A DNA stretch of 64,000 nt from the human T2T-CHM13v2.0 reference genome, Homo sapiens. The notes beneath the pieces are model-generated. The model was not told the DNA's origin, ran no database searches, and saw only the letters and a program-made list of their open reading frames with translations. Numbering within the stretch: the stretch's first letter is position 1; every line of letters starts with the position of its first letter. Of the stretch, positions 44,766 to 58,429 are shown piece after piece. Both the position numbers and the translations under genes were made by a program. The DNA lies in NCBI RefSeq assembly GCF_009914755.1, contig NC_060947.1; one strand, 5' to 3'.

Positions 44766-44802
<37 letters not shown>
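44766..44802 (+). repeat. Poly(A) tract (~37 nt) inside L1 ORF2
   Basis: Uninterrupted A run. Confidence 0.95.
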
Positions 44803-44803
<1 letters not shown>

Positions 44804-47157
44804 CAGAGGTTGTAATCCTGGAACCTAGTTTCTGATAAAACAGACTTTAAACCCATAAAGATCAAAAAAGGCAAAGAAGGGCATTGCATAATGGTAAAGG
44901 GATCAATGCAACAACAAGAGCTAAGTATCCTAAATATATATGCACCAAATACAGGAGCACCCAGATTCCTAAAGCAAGTTTGTAGAGAGCTGCAAAGAGA
45001 CTTAGACTCCCACACAATAACAGTGAGAGACTTTAACACCCTACTGTCAATATTAGGCAGATCAATGAGACAGAATGTTAACAAGGATATTTAGGACTTG
45101 ATCTCAGCTCTGAACCAAGCAGACGTAATAGACACCTACAGAACTCTCTGCCCCAAATCAACGGAATATACATTGTTCTCAGCAACACATAGCACTTATT
45201 CTAAAATTGACCACGAATTTGGAAGTAATACACTCCTCAGCAAATGTACAAGAATGGAAATCATAAAAAACAGTCTCTCAGACCACAGCGCAATCACATT
45301 AGAACTCAGGATTAAGAAACTCACTCAAAATCACACAACTACATGGAAACTGAACAACCTGCTCCTGAGTGACTACTGGGCAAATAAAATTAAGGCATAA
45401 ATAAATAAGTTATTTGAAAACAATGAGAACAAAGACACAATGTACTAGAATCTCTGGGACACAAATAAAGCAGTGTTTAGAGGGAAATGTATAGCACTAA
45501 ATTCCCACATCAGAAAGCATGAAAGATCTAAAATTGACACCCTAACATCACAATTAAAAGAACTAGAGAAGAGTCAGCAGAGCAAGAGCAAACAAATTCA
45601 AAAGCTAGCAGAAGACAAGAAATAACTAAGATCAGAGCAAAACTGAAGGAGGTAGAGACAAAAAAAAAAACCTTCAAAAAATCAATGAATCCAGGAGCTT
45701 GTTTTTGAAAAAATCAACAAAATAGACCACTAGCCAGACTAATAAAGAAGAAAGAGAGAAGAATCAAATAGACACAATAAAAAATGATAAAGGGAATGTC
45801 ACCACTGATCCCACAGAAATACAGACTAACATCAGAGAATGCTACAAACACCTCTACACAAATAACTAGAAAAATTAGAAATGGATAAATTCCTGGACAC
45901 ATACAATCTCTGAAGACTAAACCAGGAAGAAGTCGAATCCCTGAATAAACAAATAACAAGTTCTGAAATTGAGGCAGTAATTAATAGCCTATCAACCAAT
46001 AAAAGCCCAGGACCAGACGGATTCACAGCCAAATTCTATCAGAGATACAAAGAGGAGCTGGTACCATTCCTTCTGAAACTATTCCAAGCAATACAAAAAG
46101 AGGGACTTCTCCCTAACTCATTTTATGAGGCCAGCATCATCCTGGTACCAAAAACCTGGCAGAGACACAACAACGACAAAAAAATTTTTTGGCCAATATC
46201 CCTGATGAACATCGATGCATAAATCTTCAATAAAATACTGGCAAACTGAATCCAGCTGCACGTCAAAAGCTTATCCACCACAATCAAGGTGGTTTTATCC
46301 CTGGGATGCAAGGCTGGTTGAACTTATGCAAATCAATAAACGTAATCTATCACATAAACAGAACCAATGACAAAAAAACACATGTTTATCTCAATAGATT
46401 CAGAAAATGCCTTCGATATAATTCAACACCCCATCATGTTAAAAACTCTCAAAAAACTAGGTATTGATGGAACATATCTCAAAATAATAAGAGCTATTTA
46501 TGACAAACCCACAGCCAATATCATACTGAATAGGCAAAAGTTGGAAGCATTCCCTTTGAAAATCGGCACAAGACAAGAATGCCCTCTCTCACCACTCTTA
46601 TTCAACATAATATTGGATATATTAACACCTGGCCAGGGCAATAAGGCAAGAGAAAGAAATAAAGGGTATTCAAATAGGAAGAGAGGAAGTCAAATTTTCT
46701 CTGTTTTCAGATGACATAATTGTATATTTGGAAAACCCCATAGTCTCAGCCCAAAATCTCCTTAAGCTGATAAACATCTTCAGAAAGTCTCAGGATACAA
46801 AATCAATGTGAAAAAATCACAAACATTCCTATACACCAAAAATAGACTAAGAGAGAGTCAAATAATGAGTGAACTCCCATTCACAATTGCTGCAAAGAGA
46901 ATAAAATACCTAGGAATACAACTTACAAGGGATATGAAGGATCTTTTCAAGGAGAACTACAAGCCACTGCTCAAGGAAATAAGAGAGGACACAAACAAAT
47001 GGAGAAACATTCCATGCTCATGGATAGGAATAATCAATATCGTGAAAATGGCCATACTGCCCAAAGTAATTTATACATTCAATGCTATCCCCATCAAGCC
47101 ACCATTGAATTTCTTCACAGATTTAGAAAAACTACTTTAAATTTCATATGGAACTGA

Positions 47158-47265
<108 letters not shown>

Positions 47266-48650
47266 TGATACTGGTACCAAAACAGACATATAGACCAATG
47301 GAACAAAACAGAGGCCTCAGAAATAACACCACACACCTACAACCATCTGATCTTTGACAAACCTGACAAAAACAAGCAATGGGGAAATGATTCTTTAATA
47401 AATTATGTTGGGAAAACTGGCTAGCCATATGCAGAAAACTGAAACTGGACCCCTTCCTTACACCTTATACAAAAATTAACTCCAGGTGGATTAAAGACTT
47501 AAATGTAAGACCTAAAACCATAAAAACCCTAGAAGAAAACCTAGGCAATACCATTCAGGACATAGGCATGGGCAGAGACTTTGTGACTAAAACACCAAAA
47601 GCCATGGCAACAAAACCCGAAATTGACAAATGAGATCTAATTACACTAAAGAGCTTCTGCACAGCAAAAGAAACTATCATCAGAGTGAACAGGCAACCGA
47701 CAGAATGGGAGAAAATTTTTGCAATCTGTTCATCTGACAAAGGGCTAATATCCAGAATATGCAAGAAACTTAAACAAATTTACAAAAAAAAAAAAAACCC
47801 CACAAACAACCCCATCAAAAAGTGGGCAAAGGATATGAACAGACGCTTCTCAAAAGAAGACATTTATGCAGCCAAAAAACATGAAAAAAAGCTCATCATC
47901 ACTGATTATTAGATAAATGCGAATCAATACCACAATGAGATATCATCTCATGCCAGTTAGAATGGCGATCATTAAAAAGTTAGGAAACAACAGATGCTGT
48001 AGAGGATGTGGAGAAATAGGAATGCTTTTACACTGTTGCTGGGAGTGTAAATTAGTTCAAACATTGTGGAAGACTGTGGCGATTCCTCAAGGATCTAGAA
48101 CCAGAAATACCATTTGACCCAGCAATTCCATTACTGGGTATATATGCAAAAGATAATAAATCATTCCACTATAAAGACATATGCACATGTATCCTTATTG
48201 CAGCACTGTTCACAGTAGCAAAGACTTGGAACCAACCCAAATGCCCATCAATGATAGACTGGATTAAATGATAGACTGGTACGTATACACCATGGAATAC
48301 TATGCAGCCATAAAAAAGGATGAGTTCATGTCCTTTGCAGGGACATAGATGAAGCTGAAAACCATCATTCTCAGCAAACTAACACAGGAACAGAAAACCA
48401 AACACTGCATGTTCTCACTTATAAATGGGAGTTGAACAACTAGAACACATGGACACAGGGAGGGGAATAGCACACACTGGGGTCTGTCGTGGGGTAGGGG
48501 ATAGGGGAGGGATCACATTAGGAGACATACCTAATGTAGATGATGGGTTGATGGGTGCAGCAAACCATTATGGCACACACATACCTATGTAACAAACCTG
48601 CAAGTTCTGCACATGTATCCCAGAACTTAAAGTATAAGAATAATAAAAAA

Positions 48651-50329
48651 AGATTATTTCCTTTGTCTTAACTTTAGATAACCTGATGAAAATGTGCCTA
48701 GGCAATGATCTTTTTGCAATGAATTTCCCAGGTGTTTGTGCTTGTTGTATTTGGATGTCTAGGTCTCTAGCAAGGCTGGGCAAATTTTCCTCTATTATTC
48801 CCCCAAATATGTTTTTGAAACTGTTAGATTTCTCTTAGCTTTTGGGAACACCGATTATTCATAGGTTTGGTTATTCAACATAATCCCAGATTTTTTGGAG
48901 GCTTTATTTATATATTTTTTATTTTCATTTTTTGTCTATGTTTGATTGGGTTAATTCAAAGATCTTGTCTTTGAGCTCTGAATTTCTTTCTTCTACTTGT
49001 TCAATTTTATTGCTGAGACTTTCCACAGCATTTTGCATTTTTACAAGTGTGTCCAATGTTTCCTGAAGTTTTGATTGTTTTTTCTTTATGCTATCTATTT
49101 CCTTGACTATTTCTCTCTTCACTTCTTTTATAATTTTTTGAATTTCCTTACATTTGGCTTTACCTTTCGCTGGGGCCTCCCCAGTTAGTTTAATATTGAA
49201 CCTTCTGAATTCTTTTTCAGGTAAATCAGGGATTTCTTCTTGGTTTGGACCCATTGCTGGTTAACTAGTGTGGTTTTTTGGGGGTATTAAAGAACCTTGT
49301 TTTGTCATGTAACCAGAGTTGGTGTTCTGGTTCCTTCTCATTTGAGTAGGCTCTGTCAGAGGGAAAATCTAGGGCTGAAGGCTTTTGTTCAGATTCTTTT
49401 GTCCCATGGGGGATTCCCTTGATGTAGTACTCTCCCCTTTTTCCTATTGATGTGACTTCCTGGAAGTTGAGCTGTCAATTATTGTTATCTCTCTTGTGGA
49501 TCTAGCCACCCAGCAAGTCTATAAGGCTTCGAGCAGGTATTAGGGTTTATCTGCACAGAGTCCGGTGATATGAACTGTCTATGGGTCTCTCAGTCATGTA
49601 TACCAGCACTTGTTCTGGTGGAGGTGGCTGGGGGGTGAAATGGACTCTGCGAGGGTTCTTAGCTTTGGTAGTTCAATGCACTATTTTTGTGCCAGCTGGC
49701 CTCCTCCCAGAAGGTGGCGCTTTCCAGAAAGCATCAGCTGTGGTAGTATGGTGAGGAACAGGTGGTGAGTGGGGCCCTAGAACTCCCAAGAGTATATATC
49801 CTTTGTCTTTAGTTACCACGGTGAGCAGGGAAGGACCATTGGGTGGGAGAGGAGGTAGGTATTTCTGAGCTCAGACTCTCCTTTGACAGGACTTGCTGCA
49901 GCTTCTATGGGGGATGGGGGTGTGGTACCCAGGTCAATAAAGTTATGTTCCTAAGGAGGATTATGTCTGCTTCTGCTGTGTTATGCAGGTTGTCAGGGAA
50001 GTGGGGGAAAGCCAGCAGTCATAGGCTTCACCCAGCTCTCATGCAATCTGAAAGGACCAGCCTTACTCACATCGTGCCCTCCATAACAGCACCAAGTTTT
50101 TTTCTAGACAGTGGGCAAGCAGGGCTGAGAACTTGCCCCATGCTACCAGCCTCCCAGTTGTGAAAGCAAATATGCCTTTCTTTCTTCCCCCACCTGTGGA
50201 TTCTGCACACTGGATTCATGCCATCCCTTGAGTTCTGGCAAGGAGGCTTCTCAATCAGTTCAAATTGTTAAAGTTCAGCTGGAGATTTCCTTTTCTCTAT
50301 GACCTTTTCCCAAAGCCTCTGGCTGCTCC
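48651..50329 (-). mobile_element. L1PB-type ORF1 and 5'UTR, continuation of 41213-41581
   Basis: ORF1 remnant MGPNQEEIPDLPEKEFRR; colinear across the TSD. Confidence 0.87.
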
Positions 50330-53300
50330 TAATGGCCCAAGCCTCTGGACCCCTCTTCTTCCTCAGAGCCATGCCAGTGGTGTGACTTGTTCCCCCAGGA
50401 TTAGAACCACAGCTACTTTCTCACCATTTGAGCCCAAACTTCTGAGGTTTGCCTCAGAGCAACAGATCCTGGCTAGTAGAAGAACTGCGCCCACTTGTGT
50501 CTTGGAGAGTAAACCTATGCTTCAAGTTCCAGGAAGTTTTCCAAGAAACTGAGCCCAGAAATATGGCTCCACAGCCACTCTGAACACCGGTGCCATGGAT
50601 CCCAGTGCACCATGGCTGCCTGTGAGTCATGTCAGACCCAATTCCAACAGAGATTTCCTCAGCTAAAAGTCTCCCATCTGTAAGGAATACAAGAAAAAAC
50701 ATCCCCAAAACCCTGACCTTAATAATCTACACAGCTACTGGCACTGCTGCAGCCTAGAACACTAAGCACATGCAGTTATCACTAATGTTTGTCACAACTG
50801 AAAAACCTGCACAGAGGCTACACCACTGCACACAAATGAAACCAGAGCCACCACACCGTACCCAAGCAGCACCTTCAAGCCCATTTGCGGGTGAAAATCT
50901 TCCCCTATGAAAGCCAATTTGTAAAATTTGGAAGAGGCCACTACACCACCAGATGCAGAGATATCAATGCAAGGACACCAGAAATGTAAAAAGGCAAGAA
51001 AAAATGACACCACCAAATGAATGTGATAATTCTCCAGTAACTCAAAGAAATGGAAATGTATGAATTGCCTGAAAAAAGAATTCAAAATAATAATCTTGAG
51101 GAAACTCAACAAGACACAAGAGAATACACATAGACAATTTACTGAAATCGGAAAGACAATTTATGATTTGAATGAGAAATTCAACAAAGGGATAGATATC
51201 ACTAAAAGAAAACCCAGAAATCTTGAAGCTGAAAAATTCAATCAATAAAATAAGAAATACAACTGAGAGCTTCAGAAGCAGACTGGGTGAAGCCAAAGGA
51301 AAAAAATCTATGAACTTGAAGACAGGCCTCTTGAAATGACTCAGTCAGGAAAAAAGAATGAAACAAATGTGAGGACATCCTATGGGACTTATGGGGCACC
51401 ATTAAGTAAACAAGTATTTGCATTATGGGGGTTTCAGAGGAAAAGAGACAGAGAAATGGACAGAAGGCTTATTTAATAAAATAATTGCTGAAAGCTTCTT
51501 AAGTCTCAAGAGAGATATGGATATTTAGATCCATGAAGCTAAAAAGTTTCCAAATAGATTCAGCTCAAAGAGGTTCCCTCTGAAATACACAATAAGCAAA
51601 CTGTCAAAAATCAAACACAAAGAGAATTTTAAAAGAAGCAAGTGTGGCTTCACAGCTGAATTCTATCAAACATTTGAAGAAAAGTTAATACCAATATTTC
51701 TTTAGCTCTTTCAAAAAATAGAGCTGGAGGGAATACTACCAAACACGTTTCATAAGGTGAGCATCAACTTGATACTGCAGCTGAAAAAAGACATAATTTA
51801 AAAAAGTAAGCATTACAGGCAAATTTCTCTAATGAGCAATAATAACACAAATCCTCATTAAAATATTAGCTGACCAAATCCACCTCATAAAAAAATTAGC
51901 TAACCAAATCCACTTCATAAAAAATATTAGCTGACCAAATCCACCTCATAAAAAAATAAATCCCAACTGGGATTTATTTCTGGCTTGCAAGTCTCATTTA
52001 ACACACACAAATCAATCAGTGTGATACATCACATTAATGGGATGGAATATAGAAATCACATGATTATCTCAATTGACATAAAGAAAGCATTTGGCAAAGT
52101 CCAACATCTTTTCTTGATAAAAGCTCTCAACAGATTAGGTATAGAAGATTTCCTCAACATGATAAAGGTCACTTATGAAAAACCAACAGCTGACATTACA
52201 GCCAATGGGGGAAAACTGAAAGCTTTTCCACTAAGATATGGTACAACAAAAGAAGGCCCACACTCACCAATTCTATTCAACATAGTACTGAAAGTACTTG
52301 CAATAACAATCAGAGAAGAAAAAGAAATAAAAGGTAAATAAATTAGAAACCAAAAAGTAAAACTATCTGTATTTGCAGATCATATAATCCTATATTTAAA
52401 AAAAACTCCAAAGATTACACAAGAAAAACAGTTAGAACTAATAATGACTTCAATAATATTGCAGAGTACAAAATTGAAATACAAAAATCTGTAGCATTTT
52501 TATATACAAATAACAATCTAACAGAAAAAAGAAATAAAGAAAATAATTCCATTTATAATTGCATCAAAAATACCTAGGTTTAATCAAGGATGTAAAATAA
52601 ATTGAAGCATACTTTGTGCTCACAGCTCAGAATGATTATTATTGTTAAAATGTCTATATTACCAAAAGTAATACACAGATTCAATGAAGTCCCTATCAAA
52701 ATCCCAGTCATTCTTCACAAAAATTAAAAAAAAATTCTAAAATTTGTATAGAGCCATAAAAGACTCCAAATAGCCAAAACAATTCTGAGAAAGAAAAACA
52801 AAGTTGGAGGCATCATACCTCCTAATTTAAATTATACTGCAAACCTATAGCAATCAAAACAGTATGAAACTGGCATAAAAACAGACATATAGACTAGTGG
52901 AACAGGACAGAGGGCCCAGAAATAAACCCAAACATATGTGGTCAACTAATTTTTCACAAGGGCATCGAGAGGACACAATAAGGAAAGGATCATCTCTTCA
53001 ATAAATGGTGCTGGGAAAACTGGATTTCCACATGCAAAAGTATAAAACTGCACCCTTATCTTGTGCCATACACAAAAATCAACTAAAAATAGATAAAAGA
53101 CCTAAATATAAGATCAGAAACTGTAAAACTCCTAGAAGAAAACATAAGAAAAAAGCTCCTGGACATTGGCCTTGACAACGATTTTTGGATATTACACCAA
53201 AAGCTCAGGCCATTAAGGCAAAAATAAATGGGACTACATCAAACTAAAAACTTTGTGCACAGCAAGGGAAACAATAAACAAAATGAAACATCAGTCTATT

Positions 53301-54363
53301 GATTGAGAAAAAAAATTGCAAACCATTTATCTGATAAGGGTGTTACATAGCCAAAATTCATAAAGAACTCCAATAACTCAATGGTGGAAAAACAAATAAC
53401 TTAATTTTTTTAATGAACAAAAGATCTGAACAGATATTTCTCCAAAGAAGACAGAAAAAATGGCCAACAGTTATATGAAAAAAGTGCTCAATGTCATTAA
53501 TCATAAGGGAAATGAAATCAAAACCGTAATGATATATCGCCTCACACCTGTTAGGATGGCTATTATCAAAAAGTCAAAAGTTAACAAATGTTGGCAAGAC
53601 TGTGGATAAAAGAGAACTCTTGTACACTGTTGGTGCAAATGTAGATTGGTACAGCCATCATGGAAAACACTATGAAGGTTCCTTAAAAAACTAAAAAGAG
53701 AACTATCATATGACCCATCAGTCTGTCATTTCACCACATACTCAAAGAAAATGAAACCACCACCTCATAAAAATATCTGCAATCTCATGTTTGTTGCAGC
53801 ACTAGCCACAGTGGGCAAGATATGAAAGCAATCTAAATATTCATCATTTAACAAATGGATAAAGAAACTGCTGTTAAGTATATACAAAGGGATATTATTC
53901 AGCTCTAAAAAGGAACAAGATGTTTCCACAACACAGATGAGCCTGGAGGACATTATGCTAAGTGAAATAAGCTAAGCTAGACACAGAAAGAAAAATACTG
54001 CATAATCTCACTTACATGTGGAATCTTTTAAAAATTCAAATATATAGAGATAAAAAATAAAAAAAACCGGTTACTAGGGATGGTGGTGTTGAGGGCAGAG
54101 AATGGGTATGTAGGATGAACAAGTCTAGAGATCTAATGTACAACACAAGGACTATAAGTAACAAAATTATATTATAATATGGGATTTATGCCAAATGAGT
54201 AGATTTTATCTGCTCATGCAACATAAACAAAGTGGGTAACAATGTGAGATAATGGATATGTTAATTTGCTTCACTGTGTAACCTTCTTACTATCTATATA
54301 TATCCCATAACAAACATATCGTATACCCTAAATATACACAACAAAATATATTCTTTAAAAAAA
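50330..54363 (+). mobile_element. L1MA-type element (partial 5'UTR, ORF1, internal deletion at ~51642, ORF2, 3'UTR)
   Basis: ORF1 remnant KEFKIIILRKLN; RT remnant [17 protein letters not shown]; 3'UTR gtctagagatctaatgtacaac. Confidence 0.88.
51848..51957 (+). repeat. ~31-bp minisatellite, ~3.4 copies
   Basis: Unit aaatccacctcataaaaaa(t)attagctgacc. Confidence 0.9.
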
Positions 54364-54419
54364 GAACAAAAGTCTTTAAAAGAGTTTTGTTTTTACTTGC
54401 CTACGTCACCATTGACTTC

Positions 54420-54665
54420 TCCATCCACTCCAGTAAGGACTTTTCCACATCACTCCATTAAAAAATCTCTTGTTAAAGTCACTAATAACCTACATGTTAC
54501 CAAATTTGATGTTCAGTTCTTAGTCCTCATCTATGTGTTACCAAATGTGATGTTCGGTTCTTAGTCCTCATCTAATTCTACCCATCAGCAGCATTTGACA
54601 CAGCTGATTACCCACTTCTGCTTTAAACACTTTGTTTACTTGGTTTGTTTTTTGAGACATCTAGC
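54420..54665 (+). mobile_element. L2 fragment with a ~41-bp tandem duplication (54494-54574)
   Basis: cttgttaaagtcactaataacc; cagcagcatttgacacagctga; tgttaccaaat.tgatgttc.gttcttagtcctcatcta twice. Confidence 0.75.
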
Positions 54666-54722
54666 ACATTATAAGTTCTTAATATTTAATGAATTAGTAA
54701 ATAAATGATGGAAAATTATAAC

Positions 54723-55073
54723 ATAGTGTTTCTCAGACTTGAGAACTCAAGAACGCCTAAGAATATATCTTTAGATGTCTCAGTTTTTTAAAAATCACAA
54801 TAAAATTTAAAAATTGTCAATTTATGTGATCTTTTGGTGCTAATTCTATCACTAAGAAACTGTAAACATGAATCCTGAAATCAATGAAATCATACAGCAG
54901 TTTCAATTACAAGAGGGTTATTCCAATGATTCAAAATATATTGTACTGACTCTATTCTAAATTATCAACAAAATAAAAATACAAACCTTACTCTCATAGA
55001 GGACTCTTAGACTTTGAAAATACATTGGTGGATCCCCAGAGATAACAGAAACTCTGCAGTTTGAGAAACAGTG
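54723..55073. mobile_element. hAT-Charlie-type non-autonomous DNA transposon
   Basis: TIRs tagtgtttctcagact...agtttgagaaacagtg. Confidence 0.6.
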
Positions 55074-55074
55074 G

Positions 55075-55300
55075 CACAGTGGTGATAACTCTTGAAGTCA
55101 GAAAACAATAATTTCATATTCCATCTCCACTAGTTATGTGACTTTCCAGTGATTTTACTTATCTAATGATCTGTTTTCTTATTTTAAAATGGAAAAATTA
55201 TGGTCATTGTTATTTACCTCATATGGGAGTTGTATGGATTACATGAGCTAATTTATGTAGAGAGCTAAGCACCTAGTAAATGGTCAAATAATGTCATCTC
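55075..55300 (+). mobile_element. MIR
   Basis: ctagttatgtgact...tttaaaatgg...tacctcatatgggagttgtatggatta. Confidence 0.6.
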
Positions 55301-55376
55301 ATTCTCACTCTGCCTCTATCTATCATCTCTCTGTTTTAAAATTATCTCTGTGTAAATGAATAAAGTTTTATCTCAT

Positions 55377-55960
55377 ATCTTAACCTTTTTGGAATTACAG
55401 TCTGATGTAGTTTGGATATTTGTTCCTGCCCAAATCTCATGTTGAACTACAATCCCCAGTTATGAAGATGGGTCTTGTGAGAAATGTTTGGATCATGGCA
55501 ATGAATCCCTCATGGCTTGCTGCTGTCTTCATGATAGTGAACTCTCATGAGATCTGGTCATTTTAAAGTATGTGGCACCTCATCCCCCTATTCTCTCTCC
55601 ATTGCCCCTGTTGTCAGCATGTGACATACCTTATCCCCCTTCACCTCCTGCCATGATATTAAGCTTCCTGAGGCCTCCCTGGAAGCGAGAAGCTGAGCAA
55701 ATGCCAGCACCATGCTTCCTGTAAAACCCGCATAACCATGAGCCAATTAAACCTCTTTTCTTTATAAATTACCCAGTCTCAGGTATTTCTTTATAGCAAT
55801 GCAAGAATGGCTTTACACACAGTCCTTTTGAGAATCTGATGATTGTTAGACACCCTCTGTCCTAAAAATGCACATTTGCACAAAATCTGAATAATGTTTG
55901 CCATAATTCTGAATCCCGTAAAGTTGTTCGTAACTTCCTCCCAGGAAGATCTCAAATTTC
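55377..55960. mobile_element. MER103-like hAT MITE split by an MST LTR
   Basis: ccttttgagaatctgatg...aaaaatgcacatttgcacaaaa. Confidence 0.55.
55403..55819 (+). mobile_element. MSTB-like MaLR solo LTR
   Basis: tgatgtagtttggatatttg...tttatagcaatgcaagaatgg; 5-bp TSD cagtc. Confidence 0.9.
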
Positions 55961-57409
55961 TAATGTAACTAGAATATAAAATAAATATTAAATTGTGACC
56001 CACAGAAGCCAGTTTTTCCTGAATTTACACATCTAAATGATGACAGAAGTCTAGCACTCAGGTTGTCAACATCAGGGATGCCCACTAAGAAATGACAGAG
56101 ACTTGGACATTGCAGATTGGGGTACAAAAGAAACTCAATTATCAAGGTCAGAGTGGCACCTGTAGCAGATATAAGAAATGTGGCCAGTAAGTTACTGTCA
56201 TAAATTTCCTTCTCTTCACCCTTCATTTACTCAAGCCTGCCCCGGAACTTGGGACTGAACTAAGTTCAAGTTATCCACAGGTAAACGTTTAGTAGTTAAC
56301 ATTTGGAAAAGTGGGAAATTTGGAAAATCAGTCATGTTATTTCATTGTACTTTAAACAAAATTAGTGTTTTAATTTGTTCTATATTGGAAAATGTTTAAA
56401 TTCTTCAAAATACAAAAAAAAATTAAGTATCTCATAATGTCACTGGCCAGGGATGCCCAATGTTAACATTTTCGTCTATTTTATTTCATTTTTGTTTGCA
56501 AACATAAATAATTTTACATCATGTGGTCTCTAAACTGAAATTGATGTTTACCTTTGAGTCATGAAGAACATGAATTATGGTTAATACCAATGGCATGGAT
56601 ATAACTTTTCTAAGGAATAAAAGATTATTTAAATCTGACTAGTGATTTTAAGTCAATTTAACTTAAGAAAAAATAGCCCTAGTAGTAATTAAATTGATTT
56701 TAATTTATTCCCACATTTTTCTGGGTAAAATTATTACATAGTAGCCATAGTCAGTACCCAAGAAATCATAAAGATCATCCCCTGGCAGTTACTAAGTTAA
56801 GACAGTGCAATTCTTACCTTCCAAGATCCTAATAATTGTGAATACTAATATATCAGCCTCCTTTGCATATTTTCATCATTAACATCACACCAGTTCTCTG
56901 ATATTAATTTAGTCTAATAGAGGTCTTATGCAAAAACTTATTGAAGAAAAATGCAAAGTACAGATGAGCATAGAAGCTGAATTTTGTAGAACATATGAAA
57001 TCAGTATCTTATCTGCAAATCAGCCTACATTTGTAATAGATAATGTTAATATTATTATTTCAATTGTTAGAATATATAATAGTAGTAAATCAAGTCAGAT
57101 TAACAGGCTGGTTATTCAGTTAAATATTAACAGAAACAAAAATAAATGTCGACTGGAACTGCAGTGATATGTGCATTTAGGAGATTCAAATGCGCTAAAT
57201 TAAAAGTAAAGAGGATTTAAAACAAGATATCTATAATGATTTCTGTGATTTACAAGAAGGTGAAAACATACATCAAAGTTAAACTTGATGATTTGGGAAA
57301 ACAATCACACATAAAAATTTCTCTTTGGAAAATTATAATTTTGATGCGATTTTCATTCCTCGTAAGAAACAAGTGCAACATGGAAGGTTTAGTCAAACGA
57401 CACATAGTT

Positions 57410-58050
57410 TTGTACAGGATAGTGCATGTGCAATATTATAGTTATCAATACTATATTGTACACTGTAGTTAACAATATGCTATTGTGCCCTTAAAGATTT
57501 CCTAAGAGGGCAGTAAATTTTATGTGAAGTTTTCATATCACAAAACAACTAACGATAATAATAATGAATAAAGAAATCAGAAGGCCGGGTGTGGTTGCTC
57601 ATGACTGTAATTCCAGCACTTTAGGAGGCCAAGGCAGGCGGATCACAAAGTCAGGAGTTCGAGACCAGTCTGGCCAATATGGTGAAATCCCATTTCTACT
57701 AAAAATACAAAAAAAAAACAAATTAGCCGGGCATGGTGGCACTGGCCTATAGTCCCAGCTACTCTGGAGGCTGCGGCAGAAGAATCTCTTGAACCCAGGA
57801 GGTGGAGGTGGAAGTAAGCCGAGATGGTGCCACTGCATTCCAGCCTGGGCAACAGAGTGAAACTCCGTCTCAAAAAAAAAGAAAAAAAGAAAAAAGAAAT
57901 CAGAAAAAAAAAAATTGGAAGTGATGAATACATTTATGGCATAGACTGTGATGATGGTTTCAGAGCTTATACGTATTCACAAACTTATCAAATTATATGC
58001 ATTAAATATATACAACATTTTGTATCTCAATCATACCTCAATACATTTTT
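57410..58050 (+). mobile_element. L1MB 3' end, interrupted by an Alu
   Basis: ggaagtgatgaatacat...gtgatgatggtttca...tcatacctcaata. Confidence 0.7.
57583..57892 (+). mobile_element. Alu (AluS-type)
   Basis: Full dimer; TSD aaagaaatcagaa. Confidence 0.94.
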
Positions 58051-58059
58051 AAAGAAACA

Positions 58060-58422
58060 GGGTGTTAATGGCTTTGTAGAATGAGTAAGAGAGGAGTCAT
58101 TGCCACAATTTTTTAGAAAAGTTTCAGGAGGATTTGCATCGGGACGTCTTTGTAAATCTGATAGAATTAGAATGTGAATCCATTTAATCCTGTTTTTTGT
58201 TTCGTTGAGGGAATTTTTACTATGGCTTCTATCTCACTACTTTTTATTTGTGTGTTTGGGATTTCTATTTCTTCCTGATTCAATCTTGGAGAGTTGTATA
58301 TTTCCAGGAATTTATCCATTTCCTCTAAGTTTTCAAGTTGTGAATAGAGAGTTGCTCATAGTAGTCTAGAATGCTTTTTTTTATTTGTATGGTATCAGTT
58401 ATAATGTCCTCTTTTTCATTTC
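58060..58422 (-). mobile_element. Old L1 ORF2 fragment
   Basis: ttcttcctgattcaatcttgg...ccaggaatttatccatttcctcta. Confidence 0.8.
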
Positions 58423-58429
58423 GTTTTTA

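Noticed and set aside
51848-51957. CRISPR-like array
   Set aside because: Head-to-tail repeats without unique spacers, derived from L1, in a primate genome
56812-56920. Strong minus-strand splice donor (gaag|gtaag) as a coding exon end
   Set aside because: Stops in all three frames upstream and no clear acceptor
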